Assembly: GCF_963921235.1 (NCBI RefSeq) | Contig: NC_086108.1 | Span: forward strand, 100,876,001 to 100,940,000 | From: Mobula hypostoma | Lineage: Eukaryota | DNA length: 64,000 bases | Direction: 5' to 3' | Shown: in pieces, positions 28,605-41,715 of the stretch | Numbering within the stretch: position 1 is the stretch's first letter | How the letters are laid out: each line of letters begins with the position of its first letter | Made by a program: the position numbers and the translations under genes | The notes under the pieces: model-generated | Database searches by the model: none | Seen by the model: only the letters and a program-made list of their open reading frames with translations | What the model was told of the DNA's origin: nothing

Positions 28605-28606
28605 TA

Positions 28607-30370
28607 AGTGAATATTCTTCTCCTGTATTCACTATGCAGAAAGACATGGTAGATTCTTGAATGGGGACAAGATATTCCACAGCACGATAACATCAAGAAA
28701 GGTGTTTGATACCTTGCAGCATAGAGGTGGATAAATTGCCAAGGCTGCTACAGAAGACAACAGAGGAGATTACTGGGGCGGCTGTGGAGAATTTTAACAC
28801 CTTCATTTAATATAGATGAGGTTATCAGATAACTGGAGGTTACTAATGTAGTTCAATTATTTAAAGACAGTAAGATAAACTACAGGACATGGAGTAACAT
28901 CAATGATGAGGAAAATGGACAGGATTTACTTACACTTAAACACACAGATCAATTAGGGATAGTCATAAAAGTAATTCAAGAGAAATTATGTCTTGCTAAC
29001 CTGATTAAATACTGTGAGGTAACTATGTACATTGATGAGGTTAATGGAGTAGATATTGCCTGAATGTACTTTAAGGTCTCTGAAGGAGATGCAGAGTGGG
29101 TTGATCCAAAAGGTTAGAGACCTTGGGCTTCACTGCAAGCTGGAAAATTGTTTCCACAACTGGCTTGTTAATAGAGTGGGAAAGAATGCTGGTGAATTGT
29201 TGTTTATTGATTGGACATCCATGACCAGCAGTGTACCACAGGGATTGGTAGTGGACCCCAAATGTTTCCCCAGTACATTAACAATCTAGGTGTAAACGTA
29301 GGAGGTATGACAAGTCTGCAGAAAATAAACTTAGTGACATTGTAGACAGTGAACAGGATCATCTCAGACGACAATATGATTGATCAACCAGAAAGCTGAG
29401 CAGAGCAATGGCAGATGGAATAAATCTAACAAATAGAAAGTGATGCATTTTGTAAGGTCACACAAGAAAGGCACGTACTCAGTAAATATTCAGGAGTGTT
29501 GGCAAACTGAAGGACCTTGGGGTATAAATCCACAGATCCCTGAAAGAGTGAAAAACACACATTTTTCTTCATCAGCAGTGGCAAAGAATGTATCTACAGT
29601 GATCTCATGTTATGACTTTGTAAAACATTGTTTTGATCATATCTGGACTATAGTGTGCAGATCTGTTATATGAAGCATGTGATCGTTTTGAGAGGATGCA
29701 GGTGAGATTCATGTGGATGCTTCCTGAGATGGAATGAACCAGTGGGAAAGAGACATTATGGGTAGGTTAGATCTGTTTTTCCTGGAACAGAGGAAGTTGA
29801 GGAGTGACGTGAAGTGTACTAGTGGATAAATAGGGTGGATAGCAAGAAATGTTCTCCCCGTTTGTGGGAATGTCCAAAACAATAGGCATATGATAATAGG
29901 AAAAAAAGCTTAGAGGGGATCAGAGGGGAAATATTTTTCCACACAAAATGGTTGAAATCTGGAATGTGTTCCCTGAGATAGTGGCTTGTAGGTCCACTCA
30001 CAACATTCAGAAAAGCATTCAGACTAGAACTTGAAATACCATAAGATATAGGGGCAGAATTAGACCATTTGGCCCATCGAGTCTGCCCTGTCATTTCATC
30101 ATGGCCAAACCATCTCCCTCAGCCCCAATCTCCTGCCTTCTCCTTGTATCCCTTCATGTGCTGACTAATCAAGAATCCTTCAAACCCCTGCCTTAAATAT
30201 ACCCAATGACTTGGCGTCCAGAGCTGCGTATGGCAATGAATTCTACAGATTTACCACTCTCTGGCTAGAAGGCCATAGATCAAAGAGGTGCATATCAGAC
30301 TAGTTAAGTACGGTGGCTGACACGAACAGGGTGGGTTGAAGGGATGGTTTCTGTGCTGTGTGACTTTATG
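28607..30370. mobile_element. Highly degraded CR1 (+) with a minus-strand CR1 3' UTR piece (~30035-30267)
   Basis: WTSMTSSVPQGLVV and other decayed RT motifs. Confidence 0.65.
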
Positions 30371-30824
30371 ACTAGGATACCTTGGCCTCGGAAGCTATTT
30401 AATATTACAGTCATCTTGTCTGTAACCTCAAAATCCACCTTCCCATCTATCCATGAAAGCATTTCTCACTCCTTGTTCATCAAGAAACTGTGGGCATTTG
30501 CTTTACCTCTGGTATTCAACAAATGGCTCATTCTTCCATAACCAAGAAATGAGAGTTGAAAGTTTTTTTTAAAATTCCCCTTCTCCTGACAAATTCCATT
30601 GGAGCAAATTATTAATGTTTTGCTTTGGGTTAGCAACTTGTGAATTCTGAAAGGTTGATTTTCTGTTACACAAACTGCTGTAATGTGAACGTGGCCAGGA
30701 AGAGGAGGAAATTCACACCCTCAAGTGAACTTAGATCTCAGGAAGTGATGGACTGCATCCACAGTAAAGACTTTAAGCCGCAATACTACAAGTGAAGAGC
30801 CAAGACAAAGTACCTCCAACTTAC

Positions 30825-30958
30825 AGATATTGTTTTGTAGTCTCCTTCCAGAAAGTTCCTCAGAGGTGCCAAAAAGCTAACTGCTGATGTGTGTATTAAC
30901 TCCCTCTCTGCAGAACCAATTCGATTTTCAGCTTCTCCACATTTAATCAGAGCACTGC
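30825..30958 (-). CDS. SH3GLB1: Endophilin-B1 exon 4: (G)SALIKCGEAENRIGSAERELIHTSAVSFLAPLRNFLEGDYKTIS
   Basis: 134 bp, CAACAG|GC...TCT|GTAAGT; phase 1 start fits exon 3. Confidence 0.95.
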
Positions 30959-31639
30959 CTGTTGGGGAAAAAAGAACAAATTGGAATTACTCTACTCGTT
31001 TATAAAAATTATCTTCATGAAGATAAATGAAGTTTAAATGAAGTGAAATGAAGTTTTTCTCTGTTGTGCTAAAAAAAATAAGTAATTTAAGTTGTAATCC
31101 TTCAGTTGTACTAACACAGTAGTTTGCCATTCAAAAGTGTTTGCATTCAGTTGCTATTTCAAAAAAAAAACATGCTGAGATTCATTTTCCAAAGACTGGG
31201 ACAAAACATTTTAACATGATTAAACATTAAGTTTTATTCATATTGTAGCAACTTTTCACTGTAAAGTTATTCCAAATAGATCACTAATAGCTAAAAGTTG
31301 ACTGCTCAAAGGATAGCTCTGCGCCAGTCATCTTAAATGAGGAGCATTTGATGGTTCTGGGCTTGTACTCTCTGGAGTTTAGAAGAATGGGAGGTGGAAT
31401 ATCAATGAATCCTATCAAATATTCAAGGCCTAGAGTGGATGTGGAGATCTTTCCTATATCTAGGATCAGAGGACACAGCCTCAGAATACAAATTGTGCAC
31501 CACAGTCACAGGGCGACACTGGATTGCTTGGAGGGAGAGCGGGGACAGTGTCATCACATTTTGCAACAGTCCCGAGGAGACATTGGATTTTGTATAATTA
31601 GGCACTTGGCAAAGTTCAATAAAAAGTTACGTTTAAGCA

Positions 31640-32180
31640 GAGTGGCTAGTGTTGGAGTGGGCAATTAAGGCTGTGGCTCAACGACTTTAGAAAGGAAAAG
31701 CTAGACATAAGTAGATTTTTTTTTCATTATTTATTCTTTCTCTTATTGCACATTCAGAGCAGTGAGGATACCAGGCAGGATAGTGGAAACTGCTCGAGGG
31801 ATGTGGAAAGGCAGGGAGACCTCCAGTGACCTTTACGACCACACTTGCAAGAAGTTCATCCAGCTGCAGCTTCTATCTGACAGTGTTAAGGAGTTGAGCT
31901 GGAACTGGATGAGCTCCAGATGATCTGGGAGGCTAATGGGTTGACATTACAGGGAGGTAGTTACACACAAGGTGCAGGACACAGGTGACTGGGTGACCGT
32001 CAGGAGGGGTAAAAGGGGGACAGGCAGCCAGTGCAGAGTACCTCTATGACTGTTCCCCTCCAGAATAGGTACACTGCTGGGGGACGGATTGGAGGAGAAT
32101 GACCTAGCAGAGGAAAGCTACAGCAGTCAGGTCACTGGCACTGAGTCTGGCTCTGTCACTTGGAGGGGAAGTGGGGTGGG
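31640..32180 (+). mobile_element. CR1 5' region / ORF1 N-terminal remnant
   Basis: HTCKKFIQLQLLSDSVKEL-like zinc-finger/coiled-coil remnant, VPLQNRY motif. Confidence 0.6.
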
Positions 32181-32224
32181 ATTTGCGGGGGGGGGGGCTT
32201 AGAAAAAATAAAATATAGCAAGAA

Positions 32225-32695
32225 AAAGTTTATGAACTCTTTGCAATTACCTTTTTTTGCATTAATTACTGAATTTGGTCTGAATTTCATCTGAGTCATA
32301 ATAATAGACAAATGATTTGCCTAAACTGATAACACTCTAACAATTGTACTACTTCTCATCATTACTGAGTACACCATTTCAACAATCACAGTCCAGATTC
32401 AAAAGTAGTATGTGAACCTCCAGGTAATAGCTTCTACAAAAGTTATTGAAGTCAGGTGTTCCAATCAATGAACTGAGATTGGATGTTTGGGTTGTAGAGG
32501 TGCCCTGCCCAATAAAAGTCTGACAGAGCCTATTCTTCTCAAGAAAGATCTGTTTTATGTGCACTATGCCTTAATCAAAACAACTTTCAGAGGATCTTAG
32601 AAAAATATAGAAATGCATGAAGCTGGAAAAAGCTATAAAAACATTTTTAAAGACCTGAGTATTCATCAGTTCTCAGTTGGAGAAATTGTCCACAA
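32225..32695 (+). mobile_element. Tc1/mariner 5' fragment (transposase HTH start), truncated by Penelope
   Basis: MP*SKQLSEDLRK..EMHEAGKSYKNIFKDLSIHQFSVGEIVHK. Confidence 0.75.
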
Positions 32696-33740
32696 ACGCA
32701 TCTCCCCCATTTCATGCATATCTGCTCTCACTCCATCCTCCCGGAATAGGGTTCCCTGGTCCTCACCTACCACCCCACCAGCCTCTGGGTCCAACATATT
32801 ATTCTCTGTAACTTCCGCCTCTTCCAACGGAATCCCACCACTAAACACATCTTTCCCTCCCCCCCCCCCGCTTTCCGCAGGGATCGCTCCCTACACGACT
32901 CCCTTGTCCATTCGTCCCCCCCATCCCTCCCCACTGATCTCCCTCCTGGCACTTATCCTTGTAAGCAGAACAAGTGCTACACATGCCCTTATACTTCCTC
33001 CCTTACCACCTTTCAGGGCCCCAGACAGTTCTTCCAGGTGAGGGGACACTTCCACCTGTGAGTCGGCTGGGGTGATATACTGCGTCCGGTGCTCCCGATG
33101 TCGCCTTCTATATATTGGTGAGACGCGACGCAGACAGGGAGACCGCTTTGCTGAACGCCTACGCTCTGTCCACCAGAGAAAGCAGGATCTCCCAGTGGCC
33201 ACACATTTTAATTCCACATCCCATTCCCATTCTGACATGTCTATCCACGGCCTCCTCTACTCTAAAGATGAAGCCACACTCAGGTTGGAGGAACAACACC
33301 TTATATTCCGTCTGGGTAGCCTCCAACCTGATGGCATGAACATTGACTTCTCTAACTTCCGCTAATGCCCCACCTCCCCCTTGTACCCCATCCGTTATTT
33401 ATTTTTATACACACATTCTTTCTCTCACTCTCCTTTTTCTCCCTCTATCCCTCTGACTATACCCCTTGCCCATCCTCTGGGCCCTGCCCCCCCCCCAGTG
33501 TCTTTCTCCCTGGGCCTCCTGTCCCATGATCCTCTCATATCCCCTTTGCCAATCACCTGTCCAGCTCTTGGCTCCATCCCTCCCCCTCCCGTCTTCTCCT
33601 ATCATTTTGGATCTCTCCCTCCCCCTTTCAAATATCTTACTAACTCTTGCTTCAGTTAGTCCTGACGAAGGGTCTCGGCCTGAAACGTCGACTGTACCTC
33701 TTCCTAGAGATGCTGCCTGGCCTGCTGCGTTCACCAGCAA
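32696..33740 (+). mobile_element. Penelope 3' fragment (GIY-YIG plus pLTR)
   Basis: IYCVRCSRCRLLYIGETRRRQGDRFAE...GMNIDFSNFR*. Confidence 0.92.
33658..33693 (+). ncRNA. Penelope minimal type I hammerhead ribozyme motif
   Basis: AGTC-CTGACGA-A-GGGTCTCGGCCT-GAAA-CGTC-GACT. Confidence 0.75.
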
Positions 33741-33744
33741 GCAG

Positions 33745-34015
33745 AGTAGGCATTTGTGTTGTCCAGATGACCCAAGGCCATGTGGACAGCCAATGAGATC
33801 GCATCTGCTGATAGGCAAATTGCAGTGGCTCCAGGTCCTTGTTGAGACAGGAGTGGATTCTATCCATGACCAATCTTTCAAAGCATTTCCTCACCATAGA
33901 TGTGAGTGCTACTGGATGATAGTCATTGAGGCAGCTCACTCTGCTCTTCTTGGGCACTGGTACAACTGTTGCTCTTTTGTAGCAGGTAAGAACTTCTGGC
34001 AGGAGCAATGCATCT
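33745..34015 (-). mobile_element. Rex1/Babar LINE RT fragment
   Basis: [35 protein letters not shown]...LEPLQFAY. Confidence 0.85.
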
Positions 34016-34019
34016 GACA

Positions 34020-36980
34020 AGAGTGGATTGGGGCTGATTAATTTCTGGCAAAGGTATACTTGGTAAGTGGGAGGTCTTCAAAAGTGACATTGAGAGTACA
34101 GAGTTTGTATGTTCCTGACAGAATAAAAGGCAAGGATAAAGGTTTCCCCCGCCATCCGAAGGTAGAGCGTTCCTATGAAACGGTTCGTAAACTGACATGT
34201 CGTAAAGCAAAGAGCAATTACCATTTATTTATATCGGAAAATTTTGTGAGCGTTCGCAGACCCAAAAATAACCTACCAAATCATGCCAAATTACACATAA
34301 AACCTAAAATAACAGTAACATACAGTAAAAGCAGGAATGATATGATAAATACACAGCCTATATAAAGTAGAAATACTTTCCCACAATCATTACTGAACTG
34401 TTCTCTGGAGTGAAAATCTCATGCAAGCGCCGTCGGCAGAAAATCTCACGCAAGCGCTGTTGGCAAAAACATGCGCAAGCGCTCTCCAGTAACCTTTAAG
34501 CTATGAAGCTGCCAAATCATACCAAATAACACGTAAAAATACACAGCCGATATAAAGTAGAAATAATGTATGTACAGTGTAGTATCACTTACGGGAATCG
34601 GGACAGCGCCAAGCACACTGATGATGGTGTGTTAGACTGAGTCGGAGTTTGGGTGGTGCAGTGGTCCCCACCCTCCAGGCCGCTGAGCGATACATTGCCG
34701 CAAAGAATGCAGGGGTCCAGTGGTAGCCGGGAGGTACACAGCACATCTTTTAAGAAAAAAGCCGAAACAAACATGCTAATTAATTAGGTGCCGCCCGTAA
34801 TTGTCGGCGCCACCTAATTAATTAGCATGTTTATTTCGGCTTTTTTCTTCAAGATGTGCTGTGTGCCTCCCGGCTACCTTTGCATTCTCCGCAAATCGGT
34901 ATCTGTCCATGGCCTGGGGGTTGGGGTGCTGGGACACTGGGTGTCATCTCATCGCCTGTTTCCATTAGAACAGACAGCTCATCTTCTCCTATGACTGCCT
35001 GCCTCGATGTCAAAGCTCGAGGTTCGTCATCTGCTGTGGCTGATGTGGAAGGCTTGCTTGACTGCTGAGCCTTGCGTATTTTTCTACCACACTGTTCTTT
35101 AATAAAGACTCAAACCATCCTGCAAATATCCCCTAAACCGACGTACCCTTTCAAAATTAAAGTCGTACTTTATCATTACTCATTTGGTTTCGATTGTTAT
35201 CCTTTTTTCTTCCAATTGCATCAGCTCTTCATCTGTCAGTTCTTGGTGATGGGATGCCAAAACCTCTTCAACATCATCTTTGTCAACTTCCACAAGCCAA
35301 ACTCACGTTGTCCTTACTTCGTTCACCACGATCAAAATGCTTAATTATGTCTAGTTCTACCGTAACTGTAACACCCTTACGAGCTCTTTCAGGCTTTTCC
35401 GATACCATAGAACTCATCTTGCAAACGGCTGCTCACAGGCTCGTGTTTAAGCAACGCCGGCCAGAATCCGGGGGAGAGCGCTCTTCCATTTATCGCGCAC
35501 TGATTTTTTATCGTGCGCTAAATTTTTTTTTGTAACAGTGAAAACACCTTCTGAAAGCGAAAATAGGGTACTAATATAGGTCTTTCGTAACAGTGAGGTT
35601 TCGTAAAGCGAACGTTCGAAAAGCGGGGGGGACACCTATAATAGGTTTAGGAAACCTTGGTTTGAGAGATAGTGAAGCCCTGATTAAGGTGGGTAGGGGA
35701 GAGGAAGAAAAGGTGCATAGCAGGTGTTAGTAGGCAGGAGCAAATGATGTACTTGATGAGTATAGAATAAAGAAAGGAAAGAGGAGGTTTAAAAGACAAC
35801 ATGAGGCTGCTCTTGCAGACAAGGCGAAGGAGAATCCCAAGGGCTTCCACAGATATATGAAAACCAAAAAGACAGCAAGGGACAAAACTGGTGCTCTGGA
35901 AGATCAGAGTGATAATCTATGTACGGAGCCAAAAGAGATGGGGGAGACTAACTGGATTTTTTACATCTGTATTTACTCGGGAGACAGACACAGTCTATCG
36001 ATGTAAGGCAATGCAGCAGCAAGGTCTTGGACCCTATACAGATGACAGGAGATGGTGCTTGTTGTTTTGAGGCAAATTAGAGTGGATAAATCCCCAGGAC
36101 CAGACAAGGCAATCCCTTGGAGCCTGAGGGAGCCTTTTGCAGAAATGGCAGGGGCCCCAGCAGAGACATTTAAAGCATTCCTAGCCACAGGTGAGGTACC
36201 AGAGGATTTGAGCCTGACATCAGTCATGGGAAAGTTATTGGAAGGTATTCTAAGAGATCAGATATACAAGTATTTGAAGTGATGAGGACTGACTAGGGAA
36301 AGTCAAAATGGTGCTGTGCATAGTAAGAATTGTCTAACCAATCTTATAGCGTTTTTTCCAAGGAAGTTACCAGGAATATTAAAAGCAGGGCACTGGATGT
36401 TGGCTGCATGGGCTTTAGCAAGGGATTTTTACAAGGATCCACATGGATGGGGGCGGGGTGGGGGGGGAAGAGAAGAGAGATGGATGGTCAAGAAGGTTCA
36501 TTCGCTTGTCATTCAAGATAAGGTAGTAAATAAGACTAGGCATTGGCTTCGTGGAAGAAGCCAGAGAGTGGTTGTAGATGGTTGCCCCTTTCCCTGTGAC
36601 TAGTGGAGTGCCACAAGGATCGGTACTGGGTCGATTGTTGTTTATCATCCATATCAATGATCTGGATAATAAATTGGTAAACTGGGTCAGCAAATTTGCA
36701 GATGACACCAAGATTAGGGGTGTAGTAGACAGTGAGGAAGGCCATCTTGGCTTGCAACAGGATCTGGACCAGCTGGTGAAATGCATTGAAAAATGGCAGT
36801 TGGAATTTAATGCAGAAAAGTGTGAGCTGTTGTACTTCGGGAGGACCAACCAAGGTTGGTCTTACAAATTGACCAGTTTGGCACTGCTGTAGAACAGAAG
36901 GATCTGGAAATAGATTCAGAATTCTTTGGAAGTGTCATCACATGTAGATAGGGTCATTACATGTAGATAGGGTCATTAAG
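34020..36980 (+). mobile_element. Degraded CR1, interrupted by the Tigger-like element
   Basis: YVPDRIKGKD|NRFRKPW reads across the insertion; SGVPQGSVLG, FADD. Confidence 0.85.
34139..35638 (-). mobile_element. Non-autonomous Tigger/pogo-like DNA transposon, copy 1
   Basis: TA target duplication (34137-38, 35639-40); imperfect TIRs; internally deleted transposase remnant; reverse complement of 53650-56221. Confidence 0.85.
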
Positions 36981-37938
36981 ACTCGCTGAACACTGCGTTC
37001 CATCCGCCAGAGAAAGCAGCATCTCCCAGTAGCCACCTATTTTACTTCCCATTTCCACATGTCAGCCCATGGCCTCCTCTCCTTAGCACTCAGATCTGCA
37101 GCTGGATCTTCAACTTCCTCACAGACAGGACCCAGGCTGTAAAAATAGGGGACAAGCTCTCCTCTACATTCACTCTGAGCACCGGTGCCCCACAAGGCTG
37201 TGTACTCAGCCCCCTGCTGTACTCACTGTACACCCATGATTGTGTAGCCAAGTTTCCATCAAACTCAATATATAAGTTTGCTGATGACATCACAATTGTA
37301 GGCCGTATCTCGGGTAATGATGAGTTTGAGTACAGAGAGGAAATTAAGAACCTGGTGGCATGGTGCGAAGACAATAACCTATCTCTCAATGTCAGCAAGA
37401 CGAAGGAATTGGTTGTTGACTTCAGAAGGAGTAGTGGACCGCACGACCCAATTTACATTGGTGGTGCGCAAGTGGAACAGGTCAAAAGCTGTAAGTTCCT
37501 CGGGGTCAATATCACAAATAACCTCACTTGGTCCAAGCAAGCAGAGTTCACTGCCAAGAAGGCCCACCAGCACCTTGACTTCCTTTCTTTTTAAATCTTT
37601 TTATTGAGTAAGTATACAAAAAAGGTAAGCCATATAAACATTAATACAATGTTAAAGTATAATAAAATTCCAAAAGATAACAATACCAAAAAGAAAATAC
37701 TACAAACAATGTAATTTAAGCATAAGAAAGCAAGATAACATAATAGTATACTAGATTTTATATATATCAATGGAAAAAAAAAGAAAAAAAAACCCCAAAA
37801 AAAAAACCCACCGTGCAACTAACTAAAAGCAAAGCAAAGCAATGGGCTAACTTGAAACCAAACAGAGTTAAACTTAAAATCACGTCCTCAATCCCGACCT
37901 CCATTAAAACAGTGAAAAAAAAACAAGAAGGGTAAATA

Positions 37939-40900
37939 TTACATTAAATGAAAATATCGAATAAAAGGTCCCCAAATCTGTTCAAATTTAAATGAAGAAT
38001 CATAAAGATTACTTCTAATTTTCTCCAGATTCAAACATAAAATCGTCTGAGAAAACCAAAAAAAGGTAGTTGGAGCATTAAGCTCTTTCCAGTGTTGTAA
38101 AATACATCTTTTCGCCATTAAAGTAAGAAATGCAATCATTCTACGGGCTGAAGGGGAAAGATTACTAGAAATTTTAGGTAGTCCAAAGATAGCAGTAATA
38201 GGGTGAGGAGAGATATCTATATTTAATACCTTAGAAATAATATTGAAAATATCTCTCCAAAAAGTTTCCAAAGTAGGGCAAGACCAAAACATATGAGTTA
38301 AAGAGGCTATCTGCCCCGAACATCTATCACAGAAAGGATTAATATGCGAGTAAAAACGCGCTAACTTATCTTTGGACATATGTGCTCTATGAACCACTTT
38401 AAATTGAATTAGGGAATGTTTAGCACAAATAGAGGAAGTATTAACTAATTGTAAAATCTGCCCCCAATCATCCACAGAAATGGTAAGCCCCAATTCCTGT
38501 TCCCAATCTACCCTAATCTTATCAAATGGAGCTTTCCTAAGTTTCATAATAATATTATAAATCATAGCCGATGCACCTTTCTGACATGGATTAAGGTTAA
38601 TTATCGAATCTAAAATATATATAGGAGGAAGCATTGGAAAGGAAGAAAGTATAGTACTTAGGAAATTTCTAACTTGTAAATATCTAAAAAAATGTATTCT
38701 TGATAAGTTATATTTATTAGATAATTGTTCAAAAGACATAAGGGAACCATCTAAAAATAAATCCAAAAACCGTAAAATACCCTTAGTCTTCCAAGTTTGA
38801 AAAGCGCGATCCGTAAAAGAGGGAGGAAAAAATATGTTACCTAAAATAGGAATCGCTAACCCGAATTGATTAAGATCAAAAAATTTTCTGAATTGAAACC
38901 AAATGCGCAAAGCATATTTAACTATCGGGTTAGAGACCTGCTTAAGGCGTTTCGAATCAAAAGGAAGAGAGGAACCTAAAATAGAACCAAGTGTATAACC
39001 CTGAACAGATTGTAATTCCAATGCTACCCATTTAGGAATAGATAGTATGTCCCGGTCAAGTAACCAAAATTTCATATGTCGAATATTAATAGCCCAATAA
39101 TAAAATCTAAAGTTAGGTAATGCTAAACCTCCATCTCTCTTAGCTTTCTGTAAATGTATTTTACCCAGTCTCGGATTCTTATTCTGCCAAATAAATGAAG
39201 AAATTTTAGAGTCAACTTTATCAAAAAAAGATTTAGGAACGAAAATTGGTAATGCCTGAAACACATATAAAAATTTTGGCAAAAAAAACATCTTAACTGC
39301 ATTAATACGACCAATCAAAGTTAAATATAAGGGAAACCATTTAGATGAAAGTTGAGTAATATGGTCTATTAATGGTAAAAAGTTAGTCTTAAATAAATCT
39401 TTATGTTTACAAGTAATTTTAATCCCAAGATATGAAAAGTAATTATTAATCAATTTAAATGGAAATTTATAATATAAGGGAAGATGTTTATTAATCGGAA
39501 AAAGTTCACTCTTACTAAGATTTAATTTATAACCTGAGAAAAGACCAAATTGTGCTAATAACTCTAAAACAGCAGGAATGGATCTCTCAGGATTAGAAAT
39601 ATATAAAAGTAAATCATCAGCATAGAGTGATAATTTATGGGACTTTAATCCCCGAGTTATCCCAGTAATATTTAAAGATTCTCGAATAGCAATTGCAAGA
39701 GGTTCTAATGCAATATCAAATAATAGGGGACTAAGAGGACAGCCTTGTCGAGTACCACGAAAGAGAGGAAAAAAAGGTGAGTTTAAGGAGTTAGTACGAA
39801 CCGAGGCTACAGGGGAGTGATATAACAGTTTAATCCAGGATATAAATTTCAAGCTAAAATTAAACATTTCAAGCACCTTAAATAAATAAGGCCATTCTAC
39901 TCTATCAAAAGCTTTCTCGGCATCTAAAGAAATAACACACTCAGGAACATTTTGTGAGGGAGTATAAACGATATTTAACAATGTACGAATATTATAAAAA
40001 GAGTAACGACCTTTAATAAAACCCGTTTGGTCTTCCGAAATAATAGAAGGAAGTACTTTTTCTAGTCTATTTGCTAATAACTTAGAAAAAACTTTAGAAT
40101 CAACATTTAATAAAGATATTGGTCTATAAGATGCACATTGAGCAGGGTCTTTATCCTTCTTTAGTATTAAAGAAATTGATGCTCTATTAAAAGATTCCGG
40201 AAGTTTACCAAGTTTCAAAGAAGCCTCAAAAACCTTATAGAGCCAAGGAATCAATAAAGAAGCAAAACATTTATAAAATTCAACGGTAAACCCATCAGGG
40301 CCAGGAGCTTTCCCCAGATTCATAGAAAAAATAACATTCTTAATCTCATCCATTGTAATGGAAGTATCTAATAAAGAAGACATATCCTGTGAAATCTGAG
40401 GGAAGTCTAACTTATCTAAAAAATCATTCATATATTTAGAATCTCGAGGAGACTCTGATTGATATAAAGAAGAATAAAAATCACAAAAGGTTTGATTAAT
40501 CCCCACATGATCCAATATCAATCGATCATTTTGGTTATAAATCTGATTGATTTGAGATTTAACATAATTAGATTTCAATTGATTAGCCAGCAGCTTGCCA
40601 ATTTTATCACTGTGAACATAAAAATCACTTCTTGTTTTCTTTAATTGGTTTACAATCGAGGACGAGAGTAGTAAACTGTGTTCCATTTGAAGTTCAGTTC
40701 TTTGTTTGTATAGCTCCTCAGAAGGAGCCATAACATATTTCTTATCAATTTCTTTAATCTTGTCCACAATTGCCATCTCCTCCTGCTTCTGTTTCTTCCT
40801 CAAAGCAACGGAATACGAAATAATCTGACCCCGAATATAGGCTTTAAAAGTGTCCCAAAGAGTGTTAACCGAAATATCTTCTGTATGGTTAATTGTAAAA

Positions 40901-41715
40901 AAAAGCTCAATCTGTTCATTCATAAAATTAACAAAGTCCGAGTCCTGAAGCAACAGCGAATTAAAACGCCATTGTCTATTGTTTGGTATATTGGCCATAA
41001 TTTTAATAGAAAGCTTAAGTGGAGCATGATCCGAAATGGTTATAGAATCATAATCACATTTAATCACTGAAGGAATGAGACGAGAATCAATGAAAAAATA
41101 ATCAATTCTTGAATAGGAATGATGAACATGTGAAAAAAAGGAAAAATCTTTTTCCTGAGGATGCAGAAAACGCCAAATGTCCGTCGACCCAGAATCAGAA
41201 AGGAAAAAATTAATCAAATTTGCAGATTTATTAGGTAAAGTCCGTAAAGGAGCCGAACGGTCCAAAGCTGGAGATAAACAGGTATTAAGATCTCCGCCCC
41301 AAATCAATGAAAACTCGTTCAAATTCGGAAACTGATCAAACAATGATTTATAAAATTCCGGACAATCCATATTAGGAGCATAAACATTAACCAAAACTAC
41401 TTTTTTATTAAATAGTAAACCACTAACCAATAAAAATCTACCATTCGGATCAGAGATAATATCCTGTTGTATAAAAGTAACTGAGGAGTCTATAAAAATA
41501 GAGACGCCTCGAATCTTAGCATTGGAGTTCGAATGAAATTGTTGTCCCTTCCAGAATTTGAAAAAACGTAGTCTGTCCCCCCTCCGTACATGGGTCTCTT
41601 GTAAAAATAAAATTTGTGCTTTAAGTCTCCGGAACACTTTAAAAACTTTTTTCCTTTTAATAGGATGATTAAGACCATTAGTATTCCAGGAGACAAAATT
41701 AATAATAGACTCCAT
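37939..41715 (-). CDS. L1 ORF2: APE endonuclease, reverse transcriptase and CCHC knuckle, 1258 aa from the first ATG
   Basis: SWNTNGL, FLQETH, GGDLN, SDHAP, QGCPLSP, YADD, CDRC-x8-H-x4-C; no stops. Confidence 0.95.
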   Translation of the reverse strand: MESIINFVSWNTNGLNHPIKRKKVFKVFRRLKAQILFLQETHVRRGDRLRFFKFWKGQQFHSNSNAKIRGVSIFIDSSVTFIQQDIISDPNGRFLLVSGLLFNKKVVLVNVYAPNMDCPEFYKSLFDQFPNLNEFSLIWGGDLNTCLSPALDRSAPLRTLPNKSANLINFFLSDSGSTDIWRFLHPQEKDFSFFSHVHHSYSRIDYFFIDSRLIPSVIKCDYDSITISDHAPLKLSIKIMANIPNNRQWRFNSLLLQDSDFVNFMNEQIELFFTINHTEDISVNTLWDTFKAYIRGQIISYSVALRKKQKQEEMAIVDKIKEIDKKYVMAPSEELYKQRTELQMEHSLLLSSSIVNQLKKTRSDFYVHSDKIGKLLANQLKSNYVKSQINQIYNQNDRLILDHVGINQTFCDFYSSLYQSESPRDSKYMNDFLDKLDFPQISQDMSSLLDTSITMDEIKNVIFSMNLGKAPGPDGFTVEFYKCFASLLIPWLYKVFEASLKLGKLPESFNRASISLILKKDKDPAQCASYRPISLLNVDSKVFSKLLANRLEKVLPSIISEDQTGFIKGRYSFYNIRTLLNIVYTPSQNVPECVISLDAEKAFDRVEWPYLFKVLEMFNFSLKFISWIKLLYHSPVASVRTNSLNSPFFPLFRGTRQGCPLSPLLFDIALEPLAIAIRESLNITGITRGLKSHKLSLYADDLLLYISNPERSIPAVLELLAQFGLFSGYKLNLSKSELFPINKHLPLYYKFPFKLINNYFSYLGIKITCKHKDLFKTNFLPLIDHITQLSSKWFPLYLTLIGRINAVKMFFLPKFLYVFQALPIFVPKSFFDKVDSKISSFIWQNKNPRLGKIHLQKAKRDGGLALPNFRFYYWAINIRHMKFWLLDRDILSIPKWVALELQSVQGYTLGSILGSSLPFDSKRLKQVSNPIVKYALRIWFQFRKFFDLNQFGLAIPILGNIFFPPSFTDRAFQTWKTKGILRFLDLFLDGSLMSFEQLSNKYNLSRIHFFRYLQVRNFLSTILSSFPMLPPIYILDSIINLNPCQKGASAMIYNIIMKLRKAPFDKIRVDWEQELGLTISVDDWGQILQLVNTSSICAKHSLIQFKVVHRAHMSKDKLARFYSHINPFCDRCSGQIASLTHMFWSCPTLETFWRDIFNIISKVLNIDISPHPITAIFGLPKISSNLSPSARRMIAFLTLMAKRCILQHWKELNAPTTFFWFSQTILCLNLEKIRSNLYDSSFKFEQIWGPFIRYFHLM

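Noticed and set aside
33405..34020. Recurrent ORFs containing [29 protein letters not shown] (also 50175, 50665, 60909)
   Set aside because: Antisense translations of the repeated pLTR/hammerhead region; no consistent start or stop
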